Counted from the stretch's first letter, positions 18,973-28,769 are shown. The stretch: DNA of 64,000 bases from Deltaproteobacteria bacterium (GCA_033763315.1 JANRKS010000002.1:128001-192000), one strand, 5' to 3'. Numbers and translations are program-made. The notes: generated by a model not told the origin, from the letters alone.

Positions 18973-19830
18973 GTGGATCGTCCTTTTGAGTTCGCGATGA
19001 CCGACTCAGACTTTTCTCGCGTGCGCGCGTTTGTAAAGCGGCAGTCCGGCATCGAATTAGGTGAGGCGAAGCGGATGCTGGTTTATGGCAGGCTGGCGCG
19101 CAGGCTGAGGCACCTTGGTCTGCAGAATTTCCGCACTTACATGGATCTGGTGGAAAAGGGTGGATCCGATGAGCCCAAACGCATGCTCAACGCGATCACC
19201 ACCAACGTTACCGAATTCTTTCGCGAGAACCACCACTTTGAGTTGCTGGAAAATCGCATTATCCCTGAGCTGATGGTTCGAAATGCCAAGGACAAGCGCA
19301 TCCGCATTTGGTCCGCGGGTTGCTCGACGGGCGAAGAGCCATACTCGATTGCCATGGTGTTGGCGCCGCATTTCCCCCCGGGCTGCGCTTGGGATGTGAA
19401 AGTGCTGGCCACTGACATAGATTCCGACGTGCTCGCGCACGGTGTGCGGGGCGAGTACGCCGCGGCTCGCATAACCAAGTTGCCGATCGAACTCAAGCGA
19501 CGCGGTTTCCTCAAAGGCGCAGGGGCCAATGCTGATCTTGTTCGCATCAAGCCGGAGATCCAAAGCTTTGTCACTTTTCGTCAGCTAAATCTTCTTGACG
19601 CGTGGCCGATGCGCGGCTCGTTCGATCTCATCTTTTGCCGCAACGTCGTCATCTATTTCGACTCCGAGACAAAAACGAAATTGGTTGGTCGATTCCTGCA
19701 CGTGCTGAGCGACACAGGGTATCTTTTCGTGGGCCATTCGGAATCGCTTGTGGGCGTGCAAACGGGCTTGCGGCCCGTGGGCCCAACGGCTCATCAAAAG
19801 CATCGTGACGTTGAGGGCCGCGTGTCATGA
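18973..19830 (+). CDS. cheR: CheR methyltransferase
   Basis: TTNVTEFFRE, WSAGCSTGEEPYS, FCRNVVIYFD, GHSES. Confidence 0.95.
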   Translation: MDRPFEFAMTDSDFSRVRAFVKRQSGIELGEAKRMLVYGRLARRLRHLGLQNFRTYMDLVEKGGSDEPKRMLNAITTNVTEFFRENHHFELLENRIIPELMVRNAKDKRIRIWSAGCSTGEEPYSIAMVLAPHFPPGCAWDVKVLATDIDSDVLAHGVRGEYAAARITKLPIELKRRGFLKGAGANADLVRIKPEIQSFVTFRQLNLLDAWPMRGSFDLIFCRNVVIYFDSETKTKLVGRFLHVLSDTGYLFVGHSESLVGVQTGLRPVGPTAHQKHRDVEGRVS

Positions 19831-20456
19831 GCATCCCGGCCACGGCAAAACGTTTTCCTCCCGAAGCCTTGCCTGGTTTTGAGAAAGCTCACCGCTATTG
19901 GGAAGATTCAACGCAGTCGTGGATCGCGCAGATCCTGCCCGGAGAATACTACGTCACTATGTCCACTGAGGTCCTGGCCACCGTGCTTGGTTCATGCGTC
20001 TCAACTTGCATTCGCGACACCCGGACAGGCCTAGGCGGCATGAACCACTTCATGTTGCCGTACGATCCAGGGCGGGAGAAGGAAGGCGAGGCGATGCGCT
20101 ATGGTTGCTTCGCCATCGAACGGCTTATCAATGAACTGCTCAAGCGTGGCGCCAAGCGTGGTTACCTCGAGGTCAAGGTTTTCGGCGGTGGGCACGTCTT
20201 GCCCGGGGTTGCCGGCGATATAGGGAAGGCGAACGTCGAGTTTGTGCGCCAATACTTGCGTGATGAAGGTTTACCCGTCCGTTCTGAGGACGTCGGCGGA
20301 ACGTGTGGCCGACGGCTGCGCTATTTTCCCGCCACAGGCAAAGCACTGGTCAAACATCTGGAGATGAACGAAACCAGAGCCGTTGCGGTGCAAGAAACCG
20401 CGCACGAGCGAGCCCTTCGCATGAAGCGCGTTCATGGGGATGTGGAACTGTTCTAA
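19827..20456 (+). CDS. cheD: CheD glutamine deamidase
   Basis: [27 protein letters not shown]. Confidence 0.93.
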   Translation: MSIPATAKRFPPEALPGFEKAHRYWEDSTQSWIAQILPGEYYVTMSTEVLATVLGSCVSTCIRDTRTGLGGMNHFMLPYDPGREKEGEAMRYGCFAIERLINELLKRGAKRGYLEVKVFGGGHVLPGVAGDIGKANVEFVRQYLRDEGLPVRSEDVGGTCGRRLRYFPATGKALVKHLEMNETRAVAVQETAHERALRMKRVHGDVELF

Positions 20457-21499
20457 TGAGTGAACCGATTCGAGTCCTTGTGGTCGATGATTCCGCGCTG
20501 GTGCGCAAGCTTTTGACAAGCCTGCTGTCGTCCGATCCAGAGATTGAGGTGGTGGGCACGGCCTCCGAGCCGTTTGCGGCGCGCGAACTCATCAAGACGT
20601 TGAACCCTCACGTTCTGACCTTGGATGTCGAGATGCCCCGGATGGATGGCGTCACCTTCTTGCGCAATCTCATGCGCTTGCGGCCCATGCCGGTGGTCAT
20701 GGTGTCTTCACTCACCGAGCGTGGCGCCGACGTCACCCTGGAGGCCTTGTCGTTAGGCGCGGTTGATTATGTGGCGAAGCCAAAACTTGGGTTGGCGGAG
20801 GGCCTTGAACGCCTGTCAGACGAGATCATCGCGAAGGTAAAGATTGCGAGCAAAGCGAAGATTCGTCCGCGTGCTCAACCGACCACAGCAGAGCCGAGCC
20901 TTGTGGCGCCACGAATGTCGTTGCGAACGACGGATCGGGTGATCGCCATCGGTGCCTCCACAGGCGGCACGGAAGCGATTGCCGAGATCCTGCAGCAATT
21001 CCCTCCGGACTCTCCTGCCGTCGTCATCACCCAACACATACCCGAAGGGTTCAGCGAGCGTTTCGCCCTTCGCTTAAACGACTTGTGTGCCATGTCAGTC
21101 AAAGAGGCGCGGGATGGCGATCCTGTGATCGTGGGCTGCGCGTACGTGGCGCCCGGCAACCATCACTTGCGCGTGGTGCGCAGTGGCGCTCGTTATCTTT
21201 GCAAGGTCACGCAGGAAGATCCGGTGAACCGTCACAGACCCTCTGTTGACGTTCTGTTTGGATCCATCGCCCAGCACGTGGGGCCAAACGCCGTGGGCGT
21301 CATCTTGACCGGCATGGGTGCTGACGGCGCCGATGGTCTTGGGCTCATTCGTGCGGCGGGCTCTCCCACGATCGCGCAAGACAAAGAAAGCAGCGTCGTG
21401 TGGGGGATGCCAGGCGAAGCCACAAAGCGCGGCAACGCGATGGAAGTTCTACCTTTGGATAAGATCGCCAAGCGCGTGCTTACGCTTGCCACGCGCTAA
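20456..21499 (+). CDS. cheB: CheB methylesterase
   Basis: Receiver domain plus [24 protein letters not shown]; ATG overlaps cheD stop. Confidence 0.95.
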   Translation: MSEPIRVLVVDDSALVRKLLTSLLSSDPEIEVVGTASEPFAARELIKTLNPHVLTLDVEMPRMDGVTFLRNLMRLRPMPVVMVSSLTERGADVTLEALSLGAVDYVAKPKLGLAEGLERLSDEIIAKVKIASKAKIRPRAQPTTAEPSLVAPRMSLRTTDRVIAIGASTGGTEAIAEILQQFPPDSPAVVITQHIPEGFSERFALRLNDLCAMSVKEARDGDPVIVGCAYVAPGNHHLRVVRSGARYLCKVTQEDPVNRHRPSVDVLFGSIAQHVGPNAVGVILTGMGADGADGLGLIRAAGSPTIAQDKESSVVWGMPGEATKRGNAMEVLPLDKIAKRVLTLATR

Positions 21500-21523
21500 G
21501 CAACGAGCGGCTTCGAAAAAACA

Positions 21524-21549
21524 AACGGGCCCTCGTGTGAGAGCCCGTT
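21524..21549. terminator. Bidirectional intrinsic terminator
   Basis: AACGGGCcCTC-gtgt-GAGaGCCCGTT with A-run on the left and T-rich on the right, between convergent genes. Confidence 0.7.
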
Positions 21550-21570
21550 GTTCATTGCGTGACGCTGTGG

Positions 21571-22035
21571 CTATTGCGCGTCTGCGCCCGAGTCAGAACC
21601 TGCATCGCCGCCTGCATCGGTGCCACCGTCGCCCGGGGGCTTCAATTTCGCAGGGTTCACGCAGAGGAAGGTGTTCGCCGGCACACCAGCGAGGTACATG
21701 CTCACGTCTGTGCATGGGTCGCTTGCGGGACAAACACCCGGTTTCAGATTGCAGCCATAGTAGGTACATTGACCGGTGGCTGCGGTGGGCGGTGACTTCG
21801 CGCAATAGTTGGTCGCGCCGCCACAATCAGCAATGCTCGCGCAGACGGTGCCGAAATCAACCGAGCGCACGTCGCCCTTAGGCGCATCGCTACCCGTGTC
21901 TGCCGCACCTGTATCGGCTGATGCGTCGACGCCCGGAATAACCTCGTCGTCGTCATCACAGGCCACGCCCAAAGCGGCCACGCCCAACACAGCACATAGG
22001 CCCAAGGCCCAACGCAATTTCCCAATGTCCTTCAT
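21571..22035 (-). CDS. Cys-rich lipoprotein (paralog of 2817-3314)
   Basis: VAC lipobox; FGTVC..C.GATNYC..GQC..GC..CP. Confidence 0.7.
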   Translation of the reverse strand: MKDIGKLRWALGLCAVLGVAALGVACDDDDEVIPGVDASADTGAADTGSDAPKGDVRSVDFGTVCASIADCGGATNYCAKSPPTAATGQCTYYGCNLKPGVCPASDPCTDVSMYLAGVPANTFLCVNPAKLKPPGDGGTDAGGDAGSDSGADAQ

Positions 22036-22185
22036 CGTTTCGTTTCCTCGAGGCTCAGTTGATGATACGCGCAGCCAACGCGCTGCGTCCGGCCGGAGTG
22101 TACATCAACTTTGCTGAAACTTGAAACGTCCTGCGTCGTTTTTTGCCGCAAGTGCAAAGTTATCAAAGGACCAAAAAGGTTGCGA

Positions 22186-22228
22186 GAGCGGGATATCGGG
22201 TTCGAACCGACGACATTCAGCTTGGGAA
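22186..22228 (-). mobile_element. 3' half of tRNA-Gly(CCC), probable att site (displaced tRNA fragment) of an integrated element
   Basis: Minus strand TTCCCAA-GCTGA-ATGTC-GTCGG-TTCGAAC-CCGAT-ATCCCGC-TC: anticodon loop, T-arm and acceptor 3' strand present; D-arm and 5' acceptor strand absent. Confidence 0.85.
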
Positions 22229-22333
22229 TGTGAACAGACACCGTGTGCAGCCGTGACGGGGCGTGCCTGAAGTAAGGAATTCCGAGGAGTTCCGCGACCA
22301 GGCGCAACGGAGCGTCCCCACCCGTCACGGCCG

Positions 22334-22357
22334 CGGGGTGTGAAACGGGGTGTGAAA
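22334..22357 (+). repeat. Perfect 12-bp tandem repeat CGGGGTGTGAAA x2 (possible integrase arm or Xis site)
   Basis: Read directly; about 105 bp from the tRNA fragment, just before ATG 22359. Confidence 0.7.
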
Positions 22358-22358
22358 G

Positions 22359-23072
22359 ATGGCTGGATCGACACGGCGCGCGTGGTGGTCGCGGCGGGAG
22401 GTGGAGAGGTATTTGGAGGTGAGCCGGGCGCGGGTGCGGCAGTTGGCGGCGGATGGGCGGCTGAAGGTGCGGCGGGGAGCGGCTGGTGCGTTCGAGTACC
22501 ACCGGGATTCTGTTCTCGCGTACGAGCGGCACCGCGACGGTATGCCTGGCTCGGGGCGGCGGGGTTTCGAGTTTGCGGACGTGCCCGTTTCGCCGGCCGT
22601 GTCTGGGGACCGGGCCACCCCGGGTGTCGCGGCGGACCCGCAGGCGCGACGAGGACGGCTGTTCGACGCGTTCGACGTCATGCGGCTGCAGTCCGCCGTG
22701 GACGGCCGATGGGACGGCCAGCACCCCGAGGGGTTGGTCCAGGCCATCAATCAGGTGAGGGACACCGAACGGTGGGTTGGCGAGGCACAGGCGGCGGTCC
22801 ACTACCAGCACGCGCTCGGCAGCCTCGAGCGCGAGAACACCCGGTTGCGTCGCGAGCGGGACAACTGGCGGCGGCGGGCGCAGCTCGATGCGCGCGAGCG
22901 CCGGCAGCGTGCCCGCTCTGTGGCGGTGCTGGCGCAGAGGACGGCGGGGGCGCGGGAACCGCTCGCGGAGTATATGTTGCAGCGTCTTTGGAAGCGGTTC
23001 CCGGATTTCTCGCTGTCGGATCAGCAGATTGAGGAGGCGCTTTCGGAAGAGCTCGCGGCCCTGCTACGGTGA
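22359..23072 (+). CDS. Excisionase/MerR-like HTH protein with C-terminal coiled coil
   Basis: WSRREVERYLEVSRARVRQLAADGRL..YHRDSV winged-helix pattern; next to att-like site. Confidence 0.6.
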   Translation: MAGSTRRAWWSRREVERYLEVSRARVRQLAADGRLKVRRGAAGAFEYHRDSVLAYERHRDGMPGSGRRGFEFADVPVSPAVSGDRATPGVAADPQARRGRLFDAFDVMRLQSAVDGRWDGQHPEGLVQAINQVRDTERWVGEAQAAVHYQHALGSLERENTRLRRERDNWRRRAQLDARERRQRARSVAVLAQRTAGAREPLAEYMLQRLWKRFPDFSLSDQQIEEALSEELAALLR

Positions 23073-23197
23073 CGATCTGGGTATAGGTGTTACTGGACCC
23101 GCTTACCCATGGTCCACAGGACTAACGCGGGATGGCTGCCCGCGGCGTGGGATCTTCTATCGCGGCTGAGGGTTTTCTCTCGCCCATCGCGAAACAG

Positions 23198-23225
23198 TGT
23201 CCGGATCCACCACGCCTCGTTCGTC
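23198..23225 (+). promoter_or_regulatory. Putative ECF42-type promoter (TGTCCG..CGTC)
   Basis: Resembles published ECF42 TGTCGA/CG(A/T)C consensus; upstream of YciI-ECF42 operon. Confidence 0.45.
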
Positions 23226-23273
23226 ATGATTCTGGGAGCCCATCGCAAGCCCGCCGTAGAAGGAGAGCACCAA

Positions 23274-23615
23274 ATGCAAAAGTACATGTTCCTGTTCAGA
23301 GGTGGTGATGCTGCCCGCGCCGCGGCGTCGCCCGAGGAGATGCAGCAGCACCTAAGGAAGTGGGGGACGTGGTTCCGGGGGCTGGGTGACAAATTCAAAG
23401 GCGGCGAGCCGCTCGACATGACAGGCAAGGTCCTGCGTGGCACGGGCAAGGCGCTCAGCGACGGACCCTTCGCCGAGACCAAGGATCTCGTTGGCGGCTA
23501 TGCCATCGTCGAGGCGTCAAGCCTCGAGGATGCGGTGGAGATCGCCCGCGGCTGCCCCATTTTCGAGCACGATGGCATCCTGGAGGTGCGGCCAATCCGT
23601 GAGATGAAGATGTGA
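23274..23615 (+). CDS. YciI/DGPF family protein
   Basis: DGPFAETKDLVGGY..GCP..LEVRP; AGGAG RBS. Confidence 0.9.
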   Translation: MQKYMFLFRGGDAARAAASPEEMQQHLRKWGTWFRGLGDKFKGGEPLDMTGKVLRGTGKALSDGPFAETKDLVGGYAIVEASSLEDAVEIARGCPIFEHDGILEVRPIREMKM

Positions 23616-24883
23616 CGGGAACCCCCGAGGAACTGGTCGACCATCTGTTCCGGCACCAGTCCGGGCGGATGGTCGCCGTTCTCACTCGCATCGTGGGACC
23701 GGCCAACATCTCGCTCGCGGAGGACATCGTCCAGGATGTCCTTTGCGACGCGCTCGAGACCTGGAAATTCGGCCGCTTGCCTGAAAACCCGGCGGCCTGG
23801 CTGATGCAGGCTGCGCGGCATCGCGCGATCGATCTCGTCCGCAGGGCTGGGCGGTTTTCCGCGCTGTCGGGCGAGCTCCGACGGCACCTGGAGTCGCAGC
23901 AGCAACTGATCACTGCCATTGATAATCTATTCGGCGAATCGGCGATCGACGATGGCGTCCTGGCGCTGGCCTTTGCCTGCTGCCACCCCGACCTCCAACC
24001 CGATTCACAGGTCACCATCATCCTGAAGTACCTCTGCGGTTTCAGCGTGCGCGAGATCGCGCATGCCTTCTTGGTATCCGAGCAGACCATCGAGAAGAGG
24101 CTGACGAGGGGGCGGGCTGCGCTGAAGTCGCAGATCGCGCTCGACCTCGATCTAGGGCACGGGCTGGAAACGGCTCGGCTCGGATCCGTCCTGCGCGCCA
24201 TTTATCTCCTCTTCAACGAGGGTTATCACGGCGCCAACGAGTCGTTCCCGATCCGCGAGGAACTCTGTTCCGAAGCGCTGCGTCTCGGACTTCTGCTCGC
24301 GACCCGCCCGCCGTTCGATGGGCCCGAGACCAAGGCGTTGGTCGCGCTCTTGTTCCTGCACGGAGCGCGGCTGCCGGGCAGGGTCGACGAAGAGCAGTAC
24401 CTCGTGACGCTGGCCGAACAGGATCGTTCGCGCTGGGATCGCGACCTCATCCAACGAGGCCTATTCTGGTTGGGCGAATCCGCTGCGGGCGATTCTGTGA
24501 GCGAATACCACATCGAGGCGGCAATCGCTGCCCACCATGTCGTCGCGCCCAGCGTGGAGGGAACCGACTGGGGTGAAATACGCACGCTCTACGCGGCTCT
24601 CGCGCAACTGCGGCCATCACCGGTGATCGCCTTGAACCACGCGATCGCCGCCGGCATGGCTGACGGACCCTCGGCGGGGCTGGCCGCGCTCAACTCCATC
24701 GGGGGCAAGGAACGGTTGCAAGCGTACCCCTTCTTTCACGCGGCGCTAGCCGAGTTCCAGGGGCGTCTCGGCGACCTGAGTGCCGCGCGGAGGTCCCTCG
24801 ATCGCGCGATCGCGGCAGCGCGCAACCCGAGGGAACGCGTCCTGCTGCAAGACAGAAGGTTAGCGCTGGGGGAGAATTCATGA
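23612..24883 (+). CDS. ECF sigma factor with C-terminal TPR-like extension (ECF42-type)
   Basis: AEDIVQD, FACCHP, YLLFNEGY, QDRSRWD, EAAIAAHH. Confidence 0.9.
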   Translation: MTGTPEELVDHLFRHQSGRMVAVLTRIVGPANISLAEDIVQDVLCDALETWKFGRLPENPAAWLMQAARHRAIDLVRRAGRFSALSGELRRHLESQQQLITAIDNLFGESAIDDGVLALAFACCHPDLQPDSQVTIILKYLCGFSVREIAHAFLVSEQTIEKRLTRGRAALKSQIALDLDLGHGLETARLGSVLRAIYLLFNEGYHGANESFPIREELCSEALRLGLLLATRPPFDGPETKALVALLFLHGARLPGRVDEEQYLVTLAEQDRSRWDRDLIQRGLFWLGESAAGDSVSEYHIEAAIAAHHVVAPSVEGTDWGEIRTLYAALAQLRPSPVIALNHAIAAGMADGPSAGLAALNSIGGKERLQAYPFFHAALAEFQGRLGDLSAARRSLDRAIAAARNPRERVLLQDRRLALGENS

Positions 24884-25320
24884 GAGTAGACGTGTCGAGC
24901 GACATCGTGATTCAGAGACCACCCGCGATCGTGGCGGCCTTCGCCGCCAACCCGGACAACGCGCCCGCGTGGTACGTGAACATCAAAGCGGTGCAGTGGC
25001 GCTCGCCGCCGCCGCTGAAGGTCGGTGCGCGGGTGGCCTTCGTCGCGCAGTTTCTTGGCCGGCGGCTTGCCTATACGTATGAGATCGCGGAATACGTTCC
25101 CGAGACGCGCATGGTCATGCGGACGACCGAAGGCCCGTTCCCGATGCAGACGTCCTACACATGGGAGGCTGCCGGCGACAGCGAGACGCTCATGACCCTC
25201 CGGAATCGCGGCGAACCGTCGGGGTTCGGCAAGTTGATGGTGCCGTTCATGGTGGCCGCCATGAGGCGGGCGAACCGAAGGGACCTGGCGAGGCTGAAAG
25301 ACTTGCTCGAGGGGGAATGA
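24880..25320 (+). CDS. SRPBCC family protein
   Basis: NPDNAPAWY..YTYEI..GPFPM..DLARLKDLLE. Confidence 0.85.
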   Translation: MRVDVSSDIVIQRPPAIVAAFAANPDNAPAWYVNIKAVQWRSPPPLKVGARVAFVAQFLGRRLAYTYEIAEYVPETRMVMRTTEGPFPMQTSYTWEAAGDSETLMTLRNRGEPSGFGKLMVPFMVAAMRRANRRDLARLKDLLEGE

Positions 25321-25358
25321 GGTATGGCAGCCCGGTGCCTTCACCGGTGCGGCCGCCG

Positions 25359-25736
25359 CTACCGGTTGCGTGGGCGCGGCTGGCGTCGGTCCTTGCCGGC
25401 ACCGGATTTTTTGGCGAGCAACGCGCCCTCCCGGAGCAGCGCGCCCCACCGCCGACGATCGGGCTCCGGCACGGATACCCATTCCTTGAAGACTCTCCCT
25501 GCGGGAGCAAACGGCTGCCCCGTGCCCGCGGCGACGAGCGCAGCGACACGCTCCGCCGTGAGCTTGACCACCAACCCCGAGCCCTTGTAGTCGACGAGCG
25601 CCAGGAACTCCTCGCCCACGCGAAGGCAGCGCCCGTTCATGATCGTCCCTTCCACGACGGTCGGGCTCTCCCTCATGAGCTCTGCGGCGAGGCTCCAAAA
25701 TAGACGCTCTGTTTTCGATTCTTCTTGTCGCTTCAC
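25359..25736 (-). CDS. TfoX/MmcQ-like small protein
   Basis: LVVKL..GRVFKEWVSVP; similar to 28834-29190. Confidence 0.6.
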   Translation of the reverse strand: MKRQEESKTERLFWSLAAELMRESPTVVEGTIMNGRCLRVGEEFLALVDYKGSGLVVKLTAERVAALVAAGTGQPFAPAGRVFKEWVSVPEPDRRRWGALLREGALLAKKSGAGKDRRQPRPRNR

Positions 25737-26992
25737 GACAGAGCCTCCGGTTCGGTGCCAGGGAGTCGCCCCAGGCGTGTGTCGATCTGCGCACGCTCAG
25801 CGCCGTTCCGCGCATGCTCGCGCGCGACAATGAGTGCCGCGCGCGCATCCGTCGTGCGGCCAAGCTCCTCGAGGAGGACCGCACGGACGAGGTGCACGTA
25901 GGGGTAGCTGTCCACCGTTGGTCCGGCGGGGTGCTCGAGCAACCGAAGGCCGGCAGCTGCACCCTGGGCGCGTCCCACTGCGAACGCACGATTCACCCGG
26001 ACCGCCGGCGTCGGCCGGAGCCGCTCGAGCGCCTCGTACAGCGACGCGATCTCGCTCCAGTCGGTTACCTCGGCGCTCGATGCCCTGCAATGCGCGGCCG
26101 AGATCGCCGCTTCGATCTGAAACGGCCCCACGCGGCCGAGTGAGAGTGCGCGCTCGAGGATCGCCACCGCGCTGGCGATCGCATCCGCATCCCATCGGGT
26201 GCGGTCTTGGTCCGGCAGGGGAACGGGCGCGCCTGCAGAATCGAGACGCGCGCCACGCCGCGCGTCGTGCAAGCGCAAGAGCGCGAGGAGCCCCAGCGCC
26301 TCCGGCTCCCCGGGAAACGCCTCGGCGAGCGAGTGTGCGAGCCCGAGCGCGAGGCGACACAGGTCGCCCCGAATCGGTGCTTCGTCGTCAGTCGACCAGT
26401 AGCCTTCATTGAAGATCAGCACGATCGTCTGGAGCGCGGCGGTGAGTCGGTTGCCGGAGTGTTCGGGCGGTTCGCCGTCTGGATCCCCCCGTTCCCTCAT
26501 GCGCTGTCGCGCGCGGGTCAGACGCTGCTCCATCGTCCGCGGCGCAACAACGAAGGCCGCTGCGATCTCCTTGGTCGACAGCCCCACGATCGTGCCCAGC
26601 GCCAACGCCGCGCTCTCGCCGCCCTCGACAGCCGGATGGCAGCAGGCGAAGAGAAGACGCAATAGCTCGTCCTTCCAGCCGCGAACGAATTCTGGCTGGC
26701 CGACGGCGATCCGCACCCACGGGCTCATCTGGGCAACGACTTCGAGCGCATTCGGGTGCGGGGCCTCGCGCGCCGCTCGGCGTACGCGATCGCGAAAGGC
26801 GTTGTGTGCGACGGCGACGAGCCACGCCTCAGGAACGTCCGGGCGCCCCTGTAGAGGCCACGTCGCGAGCGCCCGCGCGACGGCCTCCTGCACGGCGTCC
26901 TCGGCGTCGGGGAGGTTTTGCGTGAAACCGAGCGTCTTCGCAAGCACGCGCGGATACAAGCCGCGAAGGATGTCGGCGTGGTTCTTCGTCAT
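25733..26992 (-). CDS. Second ECF42-type sigma factor
   Basis: AEDAVQEA, FACCHP, IFNEGY, QDRTRWD; ATGA overlap with upstream YciI. Confidence 0.88.
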   Translation of the reverse strand: MTKNHADILRGLYPRVLAKTLGFTQNLPDAEDAVQEAVARALATWPLQGRPDVPEAWLVAVAHNAFRDRVRRAAREAPHPNALEVVAQMSPWVRIAVGQPEFVRGWKDELLRLLFACCHPAVEGGESAALALGTIVGLSTKEIAAAFVVAPRTMEQRLTRARQRMRERGDPDGEPPEHSGNRLTAALQTIVLIFNEGYWSTDDEAPIRGDLCRLALGLAHSLAEAFPGEPEALGLLALLRLHDARRGARLDSAGAPVPLPDQDRTRWDADAIASAVAILERALSLGRVGPFQIEAAISAAHCRASSAEVTDWSEIASLYEALERLRPTPAVRVNRAFAVGRAQGAAAGLRLLEHPAGPTVDSYPYVHLVRAVLLEELGRTTDARAALIVAREHARNGAERAQIDTRLGRLPGTEPEALS

Positions 26993-27381
26993 TTCTTCCA
27001 TCGCCAGCCGACCGGTCTCACCTCGATCGCGTGGCCGTCGATCGCGCAGATCATTTTCGCGCGTTCGACGGCCTCTGCCTGGTTGGTGCAATCGATGAGG
27101 TAGAACCCGACCAACCACTCTTTCGTGTCGATGTACGGTCCGTCCGTGACTGCATGCACGCCTTTCTGCACCGAGATGGTCTTTGCGTCTGTCACGTCAT
27201 CGAGCCTCGCCACGGCGTGCAGGTCACCCGCCGCCCCGGCGAGTGCTTGAAGAGAGCGGTGTCCCTCGAGCGCTCGTCGTTCGTCCTTTCTCGAAAGGTC
27301 GCCCTCCAACGTGCGGTAGATCAGGAGCGCGTATGTAGACTTCGTGGTCAAGTCGTGGTCCTCGATGTCGCTCTGTGACAT
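26989..27381 (-). CDS. YciI/DGPF family protein
   Basis: TDGPYIDTKEWLVGFY..IEVRP. Confidence 0.88.
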   Translation of the reverse strand: MSQSDIEDHDLTTKSTYALLIYRTLEGDLSRKDERRALEGHRSLQALAGAAGDLHAVARLDDVTDAKTISVQKGVHAVTDGPYIDTKEWLVGFYLIDCTNQAEAVERAKMICAIDGHAIEVRPVGWRWKK

Positions 27382-27473
27382 TGCCCTCGGGGTCCCAGGA
27401 CAAAGCTCGTTCAGCCTAGCCCGGCCTCGAGGTCACGCGCGAGCCCTAGCTTGCGCCGGGCGATCGCTTGCCG

Positions 27474-27809
27474 TTACGCCTTCTGCCACAGGGCGACGGC
27501 GGCGCCGCCCGGGTCGCGCACCACCGAAAACTCGCCCGCGGGACCGCGGGTTTTTTCCTTGAGCACGGTGGCGCCGAGGTCCTTGGCCTTCCTCGTGGCG
27601 TCGTCTACGTCAGCGACCTGGACGTAAGGGATCCAACCGACCGCGCCGTCTTCGCTGCCAACCCCGGCCAGCGGACCTTTCTCACCGGCCAGCATCGTCA
27701 TGCCTGGGGGGCCATCGGTGCGCTTCCAGCCGAGCAGTGACTCGTAGAACGCAGCGGATTCACTGGGCTTCTTGCTGCTGTTGTGGAACCAGACGAACGC
27801 TTGCGACAT
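27474..27809 (-). CDS. VOC/glyoxalase family protein
   Basis: FYESLLGW..WIPYVQVADVD..DPGGA; GGAG RBS. Confidence 0.85.
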   Translation of the reverse strand: MSQAFVWFHNSSKKPSESAAFYESLLGWKRTDGPPGMTMLAGEKGPLAGVGSEDGAVGWIPYVQVADVDDATRKAKDLGATVLKEKTRGPAGEFSVVRDPGGAAVALWQKA

Positions 27810-27860
27810 GGGAGACTCCTTGGATTCGTAACCCCCGAAGTAGGGGCGCCTTCTCGTGGA

Positions 27861-27887
27861 GACGTGTAACGGCGCGTCCCCACGACA
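27861..27887 (-). promoter_or_regulatory. Putative ECF42-type promoter (TGTCGT-N17-CGTC)
   Basis: Upstream of VOC-YciI-ECF42 genes. Confidence 0.5.
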
Positions 27888-28005
27888 GGTCTCTCGATTT
27901 TTTTTCGGAGGCGGGTTGAGAGGTGACCAGTCGCCCGGCGCCGAACCCTCCCGCCCGTGTCGGGTCAGGTTCTCCTGGAGCTTCGCCTCCCACCGTTGAC
28001 CTCCA

Positions 28006-28455
28006 CTACCCCAGGCCCCCTGGTGGTGACGCCTTCCACGGGTCGGGCCCGGGATTACCGCCACCTGCCGCGACGCCGAGCCGCGCGATGAAGTGCGGCC
28101 AGCCGATCGCGTGTTTCTTCGCCTCCGCCGGCACGAGACCGCGGTGCTCGAGCTCCACATGTGTGGACGCGCCCCGTGCCTCGAACGTCACCCGAAGCCG
28201 CGTCGCGCCCGGCGGCATGACCTCGTTCCCTGCTTCACCCCAGGCGATCTCGAGGTAGCGCGGCCGGTCGACGTGTACGAAATGACCCCGGATGAGCACG
28301 CCGTTGATATCTACAGAGAAGAGTCCGCCATCGACCGCATCGAGCCGCGCGAAGTCACCCATCCACCTGACGAGCATCTCGGGCTTGGTGAAGTAGTCGA
28401 ACACCTGCTCCGGCGGCGCTTCGATATCGATGGTGGTCCGGTAGGTCTCGCTCAT
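28006..28455 (-). CDS. SRPBCC/AHSA1 domain protein
   Basis: IEAPPEQVF..RWMG..HAIGWPHF; ATGA overlap with ArsR. Confidence 0.85.
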   Translation of the reverse strand: MSETYRTTIDIEAPPEQVFDYFTKPEMLVRWMGDFARLDAVDGGLFSVDINGVLIRGHFVHVDRPRYLEIAWGEAGNEVMPPGATRLRVTFEARGASTHVELEHRGLVPAEAKKHAIGWPHFIARLGVAAGGGNPGPDPWKASPPGGLG

Positions 28456-28769
28456 CGCTTCTTCTCGATCTCGTCCTTGAGCGCCTTGAGCCGAGGTGCC
28501 CAGAAGCTCTCTACGAACGCGGCTACCGGCGCGAATCCGTCGGGCTTGATGGCAAAAAGACGGCGTGTGCCCTCCCTGCGCGCTTCGACGAGGCCCGCCT
28601 TGTCGAGCACGGCGAGGTGCTGCGACGCCGCCTGCTGGGTCACGTCGAGCTCGCTCGCGATCTCCCCGACCGCGCGGGCCCCCGACCGCAGCACGCGCAA
28701 GATCTCCACGCGTCTCGGTTCCCCGAGCGCCTTCAAGGCCAGGGCCGCCTGTTGCTCCGCTCGCTTCAC
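28452..28769 (-). CDS. ArsR/SmtB family regulator
   Basis: ALGEPRRVEIL..VGEIA..SQHLAVL..AGLV..EG; start uncertain (28769/28790). Confidence 0.88.
   Translation of the reverse strand: MKRAEQQAALALKALGEPRRVEILRVLRSGARAVGEIASELDVTQQAASQHLAVLDKAGLVEARREGTRRLFAIKPDGFAPVAAFVESFWAPRLKALKDEIEKKR

Noticed and set aside
22186-22262. Intact tRNA-Gly gene
   Set aside because: No 5' acceptor strand or D-arm, and the anticodon stem is broken; only the 3' half is present.
27865-27890. Additional TGTAAC regulon promoter on +
   Set aside because: Position N16 gives AGGT and no + gene follows; better explained as the minus-strand ECF42-type promoter.
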